A stretch of 61,322 nt of DNA from Euglena gracilis. Lineage: Eukaryota. Position numbers and translations under genes: made by a program. Where the stretch lies: NCBI GenBank assembly GCA_039621445.1, contig CP154954.1, positions 2,976,001-3,037,322 of the forward strand. The letters are read 5' to 3'. The notes under the pieces were generated by a model that was given only the letters and a program-made list of their open reading frames with translations, was not told where the DNA came from and searched no databases. Positions 26,630 through 40,111 of this stretch are shown here, one piece after another. Position 1 is the stretch's first letter. Each line of letters starts with the position of its first letter.

Positions 26630-27294
26630 GCTAAAAAGTAATGTAGTGCCAATTTAACCAGGTCACTATTTCGGGGGGGGGGAGGTGTTCCCCACCCCCT
26701 GCTCCCCTTGACAAGTGGAGGGCAATGAACCCTGGACGGGATTTCAAGACCCCCAGGGAGGATTTTATTGGGAGCTTATATTTTGTCAACCCGCTTAGCT
26801 GTGCATGTGGCATTCAACACCTCCCCGCCTTGCTGAGGCTGGGTTCCACTGGGGGCTCAGTTGGTTACCCAACCGCAAATTTAGTTCCCTTACTGTACAC
26901 AGAGAAGCCAAACTATCGGGCCGGTGGAATCCCTGGGTGCGATATGGGTCAATGCGCAGATTTTACAAAAGGTGTCCGAAGGACATTCGCAGAAACGGTT
27001 TTCTGCACACTGGCTGCCGGCTTTTTGGGAAGGCTTCTGGATTGATTGATGGTTGTATGACCTGAGGAGGTGCGGCGGTCCCTGTCTTGTTCGTGCATTT
27101 TTCGAATTCTCTTCTTTTGTTGAGGGTTTGGGTTTGGGTTTGTCAACAATTCTTTCCCCTAGCAAAAAGGGGGCACGGGGTGCCAGCCCGTTGGTTTCCC
27201 TGGAGACCAGAGATCTCAGGCCTAACCACCCCTGCTCTTCCCCTGACAGGGTTCTCCGGCTAGCCTCCGCCACCGGCCCCCCCCCCCAAACCAT

Positions 27295-27396
27295 ATGGCC
27301 GCGCCGTTCAGCCTCATGCAGCATCTCCCCGGTAAGTCCGACCTGTGGCTGCAGCTGCGGGGCTCCGAAGCTGCCCGAACCGCACCCAGGCCACAT
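27295..27396 (+). repeat. Conserved coding-like module copy 4
   Basis: MAAPFSLMQHLPGKSDLWLQLRGSEAARTAPRPH; its upstream ~160 nt is shared with the copy starting at ~41290. Confidence 0.8.
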
Positions 27397-29411
27397 GACT
27401 ATGGTACTCCCCAAACCATGACGTTTCATCTCAACCGCCTCCCACCAGTTTTCTGTGCAAAAATTCCATCTTTTTTGAGCAAAATTCCCAACAAATATCC
27501 CCTGTTCCAATGTTGTCCCTTCCATCCAATTCTGTTCCAATTGTTGTCCCTTACGTATCTGTTGGAGTATTTGAGTATTCCGGGCGTGAGGGCAAAAAAA
27601 CCCCCAAAAAACCAAAATCGGGAAGGTTTCATTTTGATTTTTCTGGGATTCCCACATCTGGAATTTTCTCCCCAACCCGAATTCCACCTGAATTGTCCTT
27701 TGGTTGGTTATTTGACCTGTATGGATTTCTGTCGGCCCAAAAGAGGGACGTCTGTGCAGGGGAGGGGGGGGTTGTAAGTTGTGCCTCAGAGTTCTCCAGA
27801 AGGTCCTCATTATGCGCTCAGTTGTTGGCGATGGAAGGCAAATAAAAATAGAAAATGGTTTTTTTCTTTTTTTTCTTTTTTTTTATCCCTTCCTGGCGTC
27901 TGGCCTTTGGTCTTTTCATTTGAGGGTGCCCCCCAAATTTGCCCCCACACCCAGTCTTGTATCCAATGTTGACCAAGCGCATAGGGGGTGGGTTGCTGGT
28001 TTTGTTATGATGTTTGCAGAGCAACTGCTGCATGGTTTTGGCACCAAAGGGGTTTCCAGCCCCCTTGGCCCCATCATGAAGAGAATTTTAATTCTTGTCC
28101 AGCCCCTCCGAACGCCAGCTGGACTGCAATGTATTTTGCCTTCGAAGGTGCACGCATGGGTGAAAAAAGGGGTAAAATGGGTAAAAAATCGACTGCCTCC
28201 TTCAGAATTTGAATCAAAATCGATTTTTTGTGTAATGGCTGATTTCCAGGCCTTTTTTTTTTTTTTGAGGTGTCCAGTTCGAGCCCAAGTCGGGCCACGT
28301 TCCAACCAGGAGACCTTATTTCCGGGGGTTGATCCAGCGGCCTGTATGAACCTTTTCCAGCCTCTTGAGCGGGACCCCCCCCCCCCGGTGGGGGACGCAC
28401 TGTTTGGGATGCTTTCTGGAGGTTCGAATCCTGTGGTCTGCCCCCGCTCTGCGTCTTGCAGGCTCATCACACTCACCTGGTGGGAGGGGGCATTGCTGGC
28501 GTAAATAGCAAGCGTGGGCACGCAACTGTCAGTGGAAACATTTGAATCGCTTGTGCCGGTGCATTCAAATTGGAAGCAGTTCCCCCAAATAAGACCAAGG
28601 TCTCAGGTTGGGTCCTCTTTTTCTACCCTGGGGGGTGGTCTTATTTTTGGGAGTCAACTTTTTGTAATTTTTGTTTGAAAAACCATCCCGCGGGAGGTCC
28701 AAAATCAGGCCTAAAAAAGGGACAATTTTTGGCCGCGAGCCAAAATTTTCCAAAATTTCCTCAAAAGGTGCCAATTTTAATGCATTCAAAAAGTGCAGAA
28801 AAGAAAATATGTCAAAGAAATGGAATGGGCATTCCTATTATTACGCCCTCCAAAACGGTGAGAATGCCCATTTTAGGAATTTCCTAAAATGGGCATTCTC
28901 ACCGTTTTGGAGGGCGTTCCAAAAATCCCGAGAGGGGGGTAGTTTTTTTTTGTTTTTTTTTTGCTGAAAAGCTGCACCACAGGTGGATTTTTCGGGGGGC
29001 TAATTTTGGAAATATCTCCATTAATTTTTTTCTTTTGTTGAAAAAACCGTTGTTGAAACCAAATTGACTGCCAGCTGCCAGTTGCCACGTGCTCGAAGAA
29101 ACTGAGAAAGCCAAGTGCAGCTGTGGGCAGCCACATACCTTGTGCTAGAAAGTTTGTTTACTTTTTGGGAAAAAGGCACTTCTTCAAAATTTGAATGCAA
29201 AATAGCCGAAAAGTTTGACATATCCCAGGGTGTTCCTGGTCTTTGTGCCGTCCACGCTTCCGGTCATGGATCCCTCAAGACATCATTACAACTGACTTTC
29301 AAATGGCAAAAGGTGAGGGTGCTTCAGCTGGCTGGCGGGACCCACTGATTCTGAAGCCAACAAATGGGTTGGTTCTTCTGAGCTGCTGCAGCCAAAAGTG
29401 AGGGGCTGCGG

Positions 29412-30033
29412 CAGGGCAGAATGGGAATCGGCCGAACAGCCAGGGTGGTGGGTGGTGGGGTCGACCACCCCCCCCCCCCCACCCCCTGCATGGGTGGGGG
29501 GAGTCGACCCCCCCACCTCTTCCCGTATTTCCAGGAGCACCAATTTTTGGACCCGAAAAAGATTTTCCGGCGCCGGGTGTTTTTTTGACTCATTTTGGGA
29601 CCCATATAGGGGGTCCCCCCCCAAACCCCCCAAAACCCCATTTTTTCACACCTTCCAAAAATTCAACATTTTCTCAAAAATGTTGATTTTGAGAGGTTTT
29701 TGAAGCAAAAAATGCCTTCGAAAGTCCAAAAAAATTTCAACGAGAAAAAATGTCAGTAAAATTTGACTGTGCCAAAATTTGTCCGCTTTTTTTGACCTTC
29801 GTTTTTTTCACCCCCCCCTAAAAACAACCAATTTTTAACCCTGAAATTTTTGAGATTTTTTTTTGCGAAAAAAAATGTGGGTTTCCATCAAAAAATCATG
29901 TGTTTTGGGTTCATTTTTCAAAAAAATTTCAAAGATTTTCCCGGCCAATCCCCGTTTTCCTGAAATCGGTGAAAGTGCTGTGGTGGGTGGGGGTTTCCCC
30001 CCACCCCCCACCAGGCCTTCCCGTTCTGCCCTG
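29412..30033. mobile_element. hAT-like MITE, CAG...CTG ends, 8-bp TSD
   Basis: TIRs cagggcagaatgggaa / ttcccgttctgccctg; TSD ggctgcgg / ggttgcgg. Confidence 0.85.
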
Positions 30034-31048
30034 GGTTGCGGGAAGCAAGCGTCCCCCTCCTCTTCTAAAACACTTTCGGTGCTTGCCTGAAACTTCTTTT
30101 TGCAAAGAAATTCAGGTATGTCTTTTTATGTTTCAGACCAGGGCTGAACGCCGGGTCCGAATGATTGCACCGTTGTTTCGTTGGTGTGGGTGTCCCCTCC
30201 ATGAAACCAAAGGGGGTTTCTGGACCCCCCACACTCGTGCGTTGGCCACCCGCTTAGGGACGAAAGACGCCTTTTTGTTGGCAGGGAGTTGGATTCTGTG
30301 TCTTTCAGAGGGCAGCGTGGTGCCCAGCACTGCACCCAAGTCCCGACCAATCCAAACAAAGAGGACCTCTTCCCCCTCGTCGTTTCCCCAACTCCCCTTA
30401 CGGCTTTCAGTCCTTTCCTCCATTCTGGACCTTGGGGGGCCCGATATCAGCAGGCTAACTCGAAGTTTACATGGTCCGAGCCACAGGGGCTGCAACTTGC
30501 ATGTGGACTTGGCTTTTCTGAATCGGTTGACTACCAATCTCCCCGCCCCCAGCTTAAGTCCATAGCCGCCAAAGTGGTTGAAATTACGAAAAAGAGGCCA
30601 AAAACAGCCAAAAATGGCCATATACCCCTTTCTTGTGGCCAGGGGGCCGAAAAAAAAATGAGGGAATCCATTTCCACTGACCCCGGGTGAAAAAAAAAAC
30701 AAGCCATCTATTCACACCGAACCCCTCTCCTCCGCTGCCATCCCTCAAACATTTCAGAGACAACCAGGGTGCCACACCAGCCACGGACAGTCTGCCGCGG
30801 CTCCGTCACGACGATTTAGTTTCTCCGAGGACTTTGGCGTGCTTGTCTGGATTCCTTTGGTACTTTCCACTTTCCGCAAACGGACGGGGGTTTCGATGTC
30901 TTATCGAAATCTCTGTCATTTTAGGAATAGGGGTTAGAGTTGCAATTGTCGTTCAGAAGAGGGCCAACGCTAAATTTGGCCAAATTGGCTCTAAATTTAG
31001 CTGAATTAGGCCTAATTTTTGTCGAATTTTAGTCTTTATGGGATGAAT

Positions 31049-31120
31049 CCTAACCCTAACCTTCCTAACCCTGACACTGACCCCATCCCGAACCAATAAC
31101 CCAAAACCCCAACCCTAAAC
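31049..31120. repeat. Degenerate interstitial telomere-like (CCCTAA) repeat
   Basis: cctaaccctaaccttcctaaccctga...aaccctaaac. Confidence 0.5.
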
Positions 31121-31914
31121 CTGGAGTTGGGATGCCAGTAGGTATTGCACATTTGTCCTGGATCTCCAGTGGGGAGTTCAAAAACACAGAGAATGTGGCT
31201 TCGGGCTCTCTTGTTAACGCAGGGACGGTCCAACCCTCCCCCTGCTTTTTCAAACCTCATCCCTGGGAGCGCGAAGCAGAGCACGTTCATACGGTCTGCA
31301 GCACACAGGCAAGGGTATTCAGCACACAGTCAGCAGTCATAGATAGACAGTCATAGATCGTGGCTGGCTGGTTTTCCGAAAGAGAGTGGCTGACTGGTTT
31401 TTAAAAAAGTGGAGTGACCCCCCCTCCCCCCCGGGGGTCGGTAAAAAATTGTTTGGTGGGTATCACAAGTTCACAATTTAAGAGTCGCAAGAACCTGTTG
31501 TACAGAGAAAATCCTGTGAAATATTGCTGTGGTAGGAACCGCGTTCCCCTGGAAAGCATAGAATATGAAAGCATTCTTGCCGCCGTTCAGACAAGAGCGT
31601 CCGAACCACTTGCACCCTCCCCAAAGCCATTCTTGCTCAAAATGGACTTTGATTTTGTTTCAAGTTCACCGCGGTGCCAGGGAACCCAGAATCCAAGGGC
31701 TCTCGCCTGGTCCCCCCCTAAGGACCGTCCCCTTGTCTGACACAAGTGCCCTTGACACCCCCCCCCCCCCTGTGTCAACGCACATTCCTGGAACATTTCT
31801 GTGCCTTGGGGGTTAGCAGCCTTGCTGCCTTCGGAGGACAGGACTGCCAGCTCCCTCCCCTCCCCAGAGCCGACACACCCTGGGGTGCTGGACTGCTGCC
31901 CGCCGCAATGGGCG

Positions 31915-32152
31915 CAGGGAATTTCTTAAGCTGGACCCCACCCTATCCCGGGGGGGGGACGTCCGGTTTAGCAGGCCGGTCAGCCAGCCAGCCAGCCAGC
32001 CAGTCAGCCAGCCGGTTACCACTCGACCCCCCTCCCCTGGGGGGGGGGGGAGTGGTAATAAAGTAAAACAAAGTAATGAGGGGGTCCAGCCAGCATTTTT
32101 TTCCAGCCAGCCGTTTGGACCCTGCCAGAGGGGGTTCTCAAGAAATTCGCTG
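31915..32152. mobile_element. hAT-like MITE, CAG...CTG ends, 8-bp TSD
   Basis: TIRs cagggaatttcttaag / ctcaagaaattcgctg; TSD aatgggcg / aatgggcc; absent from the homologous sequence near 11905. Confidence 0.85.
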
Positions 32153-32425
32153 AATGGGCCCCCTCCGAGGGCACCCAGGCTGACTGCGCTGCGTTCCCAT
32201 CGGCTCCACTCGCCCGCCGATCCCTGCTTCATGTGGTCGGACATGGGGACATGCAAGGTTGCTTATTCCTGCCTCCCCTCCTGACTGCCTTTTTTTTGAA
32301 CCCTCATCCCTTCTCTTGGCCTCTTTGTCTGGTTTCTTCTGGTTTTTGGGGGCATGGCCTTTGGATTTTTGTCCTAAATCTGGTGTTTTACCCTTTGTAC
32401 CTGCCCAGGGAGAACCCCACCAAAC

Positions 32426-32726
32426 CAGGCTTGTGCTTAGTCGGGTGCCTACCCCACGGGGGGGGGGGGGGGTGCTAGGGGCAGGCACCCCATGGCACCC
32501 GATCCGACCCCCCCCCAGGGGGGGTTAGGATTTTGGGGGGTGCTTGCCCATAGCAGGCAACCCCCCTCTGACCCCGGCGCCGAAGGTGCTGGGGGCCTGG
32601 GAAAGGCCATTTTCAATGAAGATTTTCTGGCCCCCCCGGACCCCCCCCCCCTGGGGGTGCCTGCTAGGGGCAGGCACTCTATAGCACCCACCCACCCTAC
32701 CCCCCTGGTCGGTAAGCACAAGCATG
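32426..32726. mobile_element. hAT-like MITE, 8-bp TSD
   Basis: TIRs caggcttgtgctta / taagcacaagcatg; perfect TSD caccaaac; empty site caccaagc in the homolog near 12621. Confidence 0.88.
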
Positions 32727-35700
32727 CACCAAACACCTGTGGCATGACTGGGCGTAAGCACCGATTTGCTAGGCAACTGTATGGATGGGATTGGATCTCG
32801 GCCAGAGCACAGCATTGCTGTAGCTGCAACTGACGTGGTCCTCTCCCACGCACCCCTGTTGCATGACGTACGTGGCGGCCAGGCAGATGCTCTGAAAGAT
32901 GGGGAACTGATGTCGCAGTGAGGGTCTGCCTGCCCCTGATCCCCCTCAGATGGGTCCCAGCCTGCCTCCCCCTGTGTCACCCGGAAGTAAGCCAGCCTAC
33001 CATACGGTGCACAATCCGTACTCTTTTGAAGGTCCTTGGGCCATATGCCGGAGGGTTTTCAAACAACTTGCAGAGTAAACGGAGGCATTGTTGAAAGAAG
33101 GAATGGATTCATTTCCTGAATCACCATTTCAATCTGTGTTCCTTTAATTTACTGATTTGCAGGATTTTTGTCACCCAATAAATTGGGTTTTGTCTGCCAG
33201 AACTGCACATCCCTGTTACACACACATTGAGGACCACAGCACCTCCTCATGTCAAGGAAACTGCCTTTTTTGTATCCCCGCCAGAATTAAGTGCCAATGG
33301 CTCTTCCTCGTTTCCTAACCGCCCAGGGACCCTTGCGATGGCCCTCAATACGTGGTCCAAGCGACCTCGTGATTGAGTCCAAGGACCAACAGCCTGCGCA
33401 ATCATCTTCCTCTTGTGGAGGCCATGGTTTTTGGGTGATCAAACCGCAGTGAGAAAAACATTACCATGGTATCGTGCCGTTGAAACAGCGGTTGTTGAGA
33501 CCCCCCCTGTCAAGGGCACTTTCCTTGAACACTTGGCTTGTCTTGGACAAGAGGGGGAGGGTACCTGTTAAGTGCTGAGTTTAAACTATCGAGTGTATTT
33601 TTCACTGGTCCTTGAGGGGGGGGGGGTCCCACAATTATCAGCATTTTGACCAATTGTTTGGAATCGTGTTTTTGCGTCCGAAAGCCTCCTGGTGCACCAG
33701 GTTGGTGGACACCCAGCCTTTTGACCTCAAAGCTCTAGTCACATGCAAAAAAAAGTCCCACATCATCTAGGCATCTATCGTAGCTTATTGTGCTTGGGAG
33801 TGGGGTGCACTTTCGCAAAAAGTAATACCAGAGGTGGGAATTTGGGGTTGAAGAAAAGATTGGATGAGCAAAAAAATGGCCTTAAAAAGGATCGGTGGTG
33901 TGTCGGCCAAAGTCGCAATCATATTCGGAGACCAGAACGCTATGAAAAAAGGGGATAGAAAATTTTTTAAAAATATGTGGAAGACAAGCTGTGTGGTTAT
34001 CTCCAGCGTGCCCATAAATTCTCATACCCACGTCCACAGAGAATTTTCATCCCCTGAAAAAAGAAATGGGAAAAAAGAATGGCACCCCACACTCCACAGA
34101 ACCATGCTGAAGAACCTCAGAGTTGCGAGTACCGGTGGAGCACTTAGAACTGAGTAGCACCACCTCAAAATGAGGTCATGCCAAACCCCAGGGTTTACCC
34201 CCAGCTCCCTCGAAAGAAATCCATCAAGTCCCTACAAGCACATCAGCCTGCCAATTCTTGCTCGCGGTTAGAAAACACTCTGACTGCACAACATCCGACC
34301 TGCAACTGGTGCGCGTGCTCAATGGGGTTAAAATCAGGGCCTGTTTTTTTTTCTTTCAAGTGGAGTGTTCGCAGTGGATGGGGTCACCAATTTCACCAAG
34401 ATTTCACTTGTGAGAAGGCCAATAAAATACGCCCAAACGCGATACATTTCGGCAATTTTTATGTCTCTGTATCTGTATCTGTATCACTCGATGCCAAACC
34501 ATATTTCTGCAATCCCGCAGCGGTGCAATCTGGATTAAGCAGTCGCAATTGCCCGACAAAGCACCAATCCACCAGGCGCAACTCTGAGATGGGATTTGGG
34601 CTGGTTCTGTGGAATGTGCGGGGCCATCATCGCACATACCCGGGAAAACGTCCCCTGTGCCAACCCTGAACCGCCTTCAAAGCAACCTTCCACCTACCTT
34701 GTAAACCAGGTTTTGTGCTGAGCTCTTCATGTGTCTGATGGTGCCATGCTGCAGCAGACGTTTGAGGCTTGTGGCAGCCAGGGCGGCCCAGCCCGGCCCC
34801 AGGGTTGTATGGGAAGCTCTGCAGACATGAAGAAGGTGATAGGGGGGAGTCGCCGAGCTCTTATCCCTTTATGGGTAAGAGCGAAGCTTACCCCTGGGGA
34901 AATGGGGGGGGGGTTCGAACCGCCCCCCCCCCCCCCCCCCCCCCGGGTCGGGGCCACCTCAGGAACCGGCGGATTATCACCATGATCCCAGCTCCGTTCC
35001 CGGAATTTTTTTTTCAGTCGCGACTGGATTTCTAGTTTCCAAATCACCTCCGTTTGACCCCCAACTCCCCGCCAGGCCCCAAGTATTCAGACGCGAAGGG
35101 GTCCAAACTGGGTAGGATTGGCCCGCCCCGCCCCCCCCCTTCCGACTCTGCCATTTCGCCAGGGTCCAAAAATGGGTCACCCGTCGGTCAAAAATTCGAT
35201 TTTTCGAAAATATCTAGAGAAAGCGTACATATTCCGGAAATGCGGTCTGACGAAATTACCCCCCGGAGGCCCTCCATCGCCCCCCTCAGCCCGTGGCCGA
35301 CTACACCCCCAGCCCTCCAAGCCATTCTCTCTTTTATAACCAGGCACTCCATCCATGCCCTTTCCCCCCCTACTTTTGGGTCCGTTACAAATCCGACTTT
35401 TTTTTCTTTTTCCTTTTTTTTCCTACCTCATAGACATTTCCTTTTCTCGCAAGTCCTCTACAATTTGCCCACCTTCTGTAACCCCATTCAACGGATTCCC
35501 TCACCACCCCCCCCCCCCCCACCCACCACAACTTTCCCCTAATGGGCTTCTTTTCCATTTTCCCTCTTTTTTTTTTCTCGAACCCTTACCGAACCTGCCC
35601 CTACCTTCAGGTTGGTCTTCCGAGGACCATTGTCTTCCAGCAACCCAGCTCCACGAGTTAGGTCCCGTTCTTTTCATCTCCGTATTTTAAACATCTTTTA

Positions 35701-36122
35701 CCCTTTTTTGTTCCCCCCCCACCCCCCTTCCCTTGTCCTCAGTCTTGCCCCCCCTCCCTGCAGGGCCCTTCCGTTATTTTGGTTATTTCTTTTGTTCCTC
35801 TTTTCCAATCCATTTTGTATTTCAGCCTCCTGGGTTTTTCTCCACCCCCCCTCTCTTTCCGACTTCTAGGTCAAAATTTATTTTTTAAAATATTTATTTC
35901 TTTTTTCCTTTATTTTGTCACCCCGGGAGTTTCACCGTTTTGGCCGCCGACACGCCTGGCCCGTGTTCCGGCACGCTTTTGCGGCGGCCCAAAATGGCCA
36001 TTTTGGGTGTTTTTTTTGGGCCGTTTTTTGGTCAAAAATCGATTTTTCCAAATTATCTCGACAATGAAGCAAAATCAAAGAAAATGTCCGCAGAGTAAAA
36101 ATGAAGCCCTTGGAATGCCCTA

Positions 36123-36584
36123 ACCCCCCCCCCAAAAAAATAAGACCCGGGTCTTATTTTTGGGTCCGTTGCTGGAAGCCTGCAGGGGGGGTCTTATTTT
36201 TGGGGGGGGTCTTATTTTTGGATTTTTTCTTGACCGACCCGGGTCCGAAAAAAACACCATTTTTCAGGTTCCCAAGAGGACTATAATTTTTGTCTCGGCG
36301 CTTCGCGCCATGTGAAAATTAGTGTAAATTGACATTTACCGTGTTTTTTGAACTTCAAAAATCCGAAAATTTTTGAAATTTCATCATTTTTGTGTATGAA
36401 ATTGGGTTTTTTGGTCATTTTTCAGGGGAAAAGTTCACCGTCCCCGGCGCTTCGCGCCGTAAAGGGGGGTCTTATTTATGGGGGGGGGTCTTATTTTTGG
36501 ATTTTTGCTCGATCGGCCCAGGGGGAGTCTTATTTTTGTGGGGGGTCTTATTTTTTGGGTGGGTCTTATTTTTGGGGGGGGGTT
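36123..36584. mobile_element. MITE with C-tract/aaataagaccc TIRs and ggtcttatttt subterminal repeats
   Basis: (C tract)-aaaaaaataagaccc / gggtcttattttt-(G tract); related fragments near 13800 and 28585. Confidence 0.7.
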
Positions 36585-37031
36585 TATCCAACCGTGTTTT
36601 TTTCTTTTCCCCCCCAACCCTTCGTGTAGCCATAGAGTTACGGCATTTTTTTCGGCCAGTTTCGGCCCATTTCTGGGCCATTTTGGGCTTTTTTGGGGGC
36701 CAGAAAAATCGATGTTTCCAAAATATCTCGGAAATGAAGCGAAATCAGAGGAAATGTCCAGAGACCTAAATTGAAGCCCGTGGAATGCCCTATCTAATGG
36801 TACCCGATATCTTCCTGCCAAACCCCGAGATGTGGCTGATTTATGGCATAAAACAGCATGGCAGGCTTCCGATTCTGCCGTTTTCGGCCATTTTTCGGGG
36901 GAAAAATCAAAAAATTTTCCCCAAACAATCATTTTGGGCTTTCCAGACCGGCGGCCTGCTGCTTCATTTTTCCTTCTGGGGGTGGTTATAAGTCATGGTT
37001 TGGTAGTTGGGCCCAATGGGGGGGGTATAAG

Positions 37032-37474
37032 CAGGGGGGGGGAATGCAACTTGCATAATTTGCATTTTTTTGCATAATCAGGTTTTCCTGAAATTTGCAT
37101 TTTTATGCTTTTTTTTTTGCATTTTTTGCATAAAATATTTTGCCCTGGAAAAATTTTTTGTAGTTGGTTGCCGTATGTTTGGAATTTTTTGCATTTTTTT
37201 GCATTTTTTTTCATAAAATATTTTGCCCTTGAGAAAAATTTTGTAGTTGGTTGGCATATGTTTGGATTTTTTTTTGCATTTTTTTGCGTTTTTTTTTGCA
37301 TAAAATATTTTGCCCTGGAAATTTTTTTGATTTTAGGCAGCAAAGCTCTGTCATATTCCAGCTTTTTCTCAAGGTTTTCATGCAAGTTGCATTTTTTTTT
37401 TCTTTTTTTTTTTTTTTTTTTGCATTTTTTTTGATTTGCATAATTTGCAGGGCCAAGTTGCATTTCCCCCCCTG
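37032..37474. mobile_element. CAG...CTG MITE with T-rich tgca repeats, nested in the end of another MITE
   Basis: TIRs ca-(G tract)-aatgcaacttg / caagttgcattt-(C tract)-tg; flanking direct repeat gtataag (7 bp). Confidence 0.8.
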
Positions 37475-37506
37475 GTATAAGTGGGGGGGGTTATGGGATG
37501 GGGCAG

Positions 37507-39592
37507 GCAGACCTGTACCTATATTTTTTGAGATTTTTCACATTCTTGTTGAAAAATCACATTTCCCGAGTCGAAAAAAATTGCTTGCATTTCTGTGGCT
37601 GCTGATCGCAAATGTGTGGAAAAACCACATTTTCGGATTTTTGTGTTGGCTACCCGGACAAGCACTGCACCCTTGACCTATCTTTATAGGGACCTTTCAC
37701 CTCCCTCTGTACTCACTGATTTGACAGGTGACAGTTTCCCGAAAATTGATAATTTACCGGGCACACTGTAGATTTATTGAATATGTTAAGATTTTTCATC
37801 TGTATACAAGGATTTTATACAAGGATATACAAGAAAAAAATTGGGACTTACCTAAGGAGCCCAATTGCCTGAGAGCATTGGACATTCACAGGTTGCCCCA
37901 CTCTCCTCGTTTGTTTCAGGGTCTGCTCTTGCTTTTGGATTGTCCCATCCCTGATTGCCAGCAGAAGTCGGCAACCGCTGCTACAGGATGGTTGCTGCCA
38001 TGGAGTGTTATCCTTCCGCTGAGCCATGTCGCACCCACAATCTTTATATTGGGTGAATCTAGGGCAGCTCTCAACACGTGCAATACATTTTAGTTATGGT
38101 GAGGGCGCCAACTCCCCATTATAGCCCTGATCTATGAAGCTCCCCACCTCTGTGAGGGGACTCTGAAGATTTTTTGTAGTTGCAAAACCTCAATTAGCTG
38201 ATTTTTTTTGCAGTTTTTATGAAATGAATGAATGCTGTTTTGACCAGTTTTCTCTCCGCAAAAAATATCACGGATTTTCCCATCTCTGCCTGGATGTTTG
38301 TTTGTTTGTCAATATGTGTGTCTGAGTGTCTGTATCTGTCTTTTGGACATCTTCAGGGAAAAAAGCGTGCAAAAGTGTGCTAAAAAATGCAAAGAAAAAT
38401 CCTGAAAAAAAAAATGAGAATGTTGGGAAAAAAGAATTAAAGGGAAAAACACACAAAAAACCATGCAAATGCAAAACTCTTCCAAAAATGCAAAAAAAAG
38501 TGTGCAAAACGGAAGAAAATTTGCAAGTGAATGGAAGAGTACTGCTTTCCACTGCAGAAAAAGGGCAATTGACCACGCCAGGACCTCACCAGCAGGTGGG
38601 GACCTGGTTTAAGGGTCCTCAGGTTGGGGTTTGGTTTGAGCTAGGGTTTGGGTTACGTTCAGGATTGTCGGTCGATGCCACATTTAATCCTATCTAATCC
38701 ATGGCATAATCATCCTTGCCCTGATTCATAAAGCAGCAGGCAAGTCGAATCTGGACAGCTGAAAGGGCGGTTTGGAAAATCAGATTCCTTGTTAAATCAG
38801 GGATTTCTTGAAGGTTGGACCCAGGGGGGGGGGCACTCAGGGGGAAATTCCACAGAAAAGGTTTGTCAAATAGGAGTAATGTGCGGTGTGAGTGCGTGTG
38901 CAATTTTTTTGTTGGCTTATAATGGGCCCTGGGGCATCATTTCTCGGCCTTTTTTCCTGTTCCCCGAGTGTTAACGACCCAAGGCATCGTTTTGCTTGGT
39001 AAATGGTTGGGGAGCGATGGCAAAGGTTGGCTGTTTCAAAGGGAAAATGGGCCCCGAGCCCGCCACTGCTTTTTCAGGGTCGCTCTTTTGTGTGACCGAA
39101 CCTGAAAGAAACCAGCAGCATCGACCTCCCACACCTCCCCCTCGATCGAAAGTTTATGATTTTTGCCCGCAGTATCGAAAATTCCACAGAAAAGATTTAT
39201 CAAACGGGAGTAATGTTCGTGTGTGCGTGTGTGTGCAATCTTTTTCGGCTTGTAATGGTCCCTGGGGCATCATCCCTCGGCCTTTTTGGGGGCGGGTTTG
39301 TTGTTATTTTTTTTTTGGCTCGAGATCAAAGTGATAGATGGCCGGATGTGTTGCCCCCACAGTTCCCCCCCCCCCTCCACACCCCCCACACCTCACCCCC
39401 CCCCTGCTGCCACCCCACACACGCCCTTCGCTGCCACCCCCCCCCTGTCACCCCACTCTTGGACCTCATTGAATGCCAAGTTTTTGGCATACAATTCATT
39501 TTTGTTGGCTCCTTTTTTGGCGTCATTTTTTGACACCGGCCTCGTCTGGGGGAGGGGATGCCCCCCCAGAACAAAAATGGCATCACTACTCT
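37507..39592 (+). repeat. ~2-kb dispersed duplication, copy 1 (copy 2 at 59462 to window end)
   Basis: Long high-identity colinear match with several indels. Confidence 0.92.
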
Positions 39593-40111
39593 GTGCAAGG
39601 TGAGGCTCAAATGTCTTTTTGCGTTCCATTTTTTTGAGATCTTCCCGTTCATTTCCATGTGTCTTGCCATGCTCTGGCAAATTGGTCATCTGAGCCTCCA
39701 CAGAGCCTCTGAGGAGCCGCTGTGGAGGCTGGTCGTTTGGAGCCTTCGCGGAGCCTCTGTGGAGACGCGGAGGCAACCCCCCAAAAAGGCAGGATTCAGA
39801 TTTTGTTGTCGTGCCATCCCTTACTCGAACTGACTCCTAACCCAGACATTTGTTGAAACATTAGAATCACAATTGCGCAAACGGTGCCTGTGAAGACTTG
39901 TAAAGACAATTGCCCAAACCAATTGATACCACAAAGCTTGCACATCTGCAATTCTGCTAGCAATCCACTGAAAATTATTGTTTTTCACGGCATATGGCAT
40001 GAGAAAGAAGAAACAAAGTCCTGAGTGTACTGATTGGGAACGTCCACGCTTTGCCATCCAGCGGGGACACAGCGATGTTGGTGATGCTGCACGAAGTCCG
40101 CCAGGACTGAT

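Noticed and set aside
32850-33130. RT-like words on the minus strand (LLCKLFE, QQGCV)
   Set aside because: Spacing is too short for RT motifs and they are not retained in the paralogous block.
38321-38331. Partial match (tctgagtgtct) to the Euglena spliced leader
   Set aside because: Only about 11 nt in a TG-rich tract; the rest of the leader and the donor site are absent.
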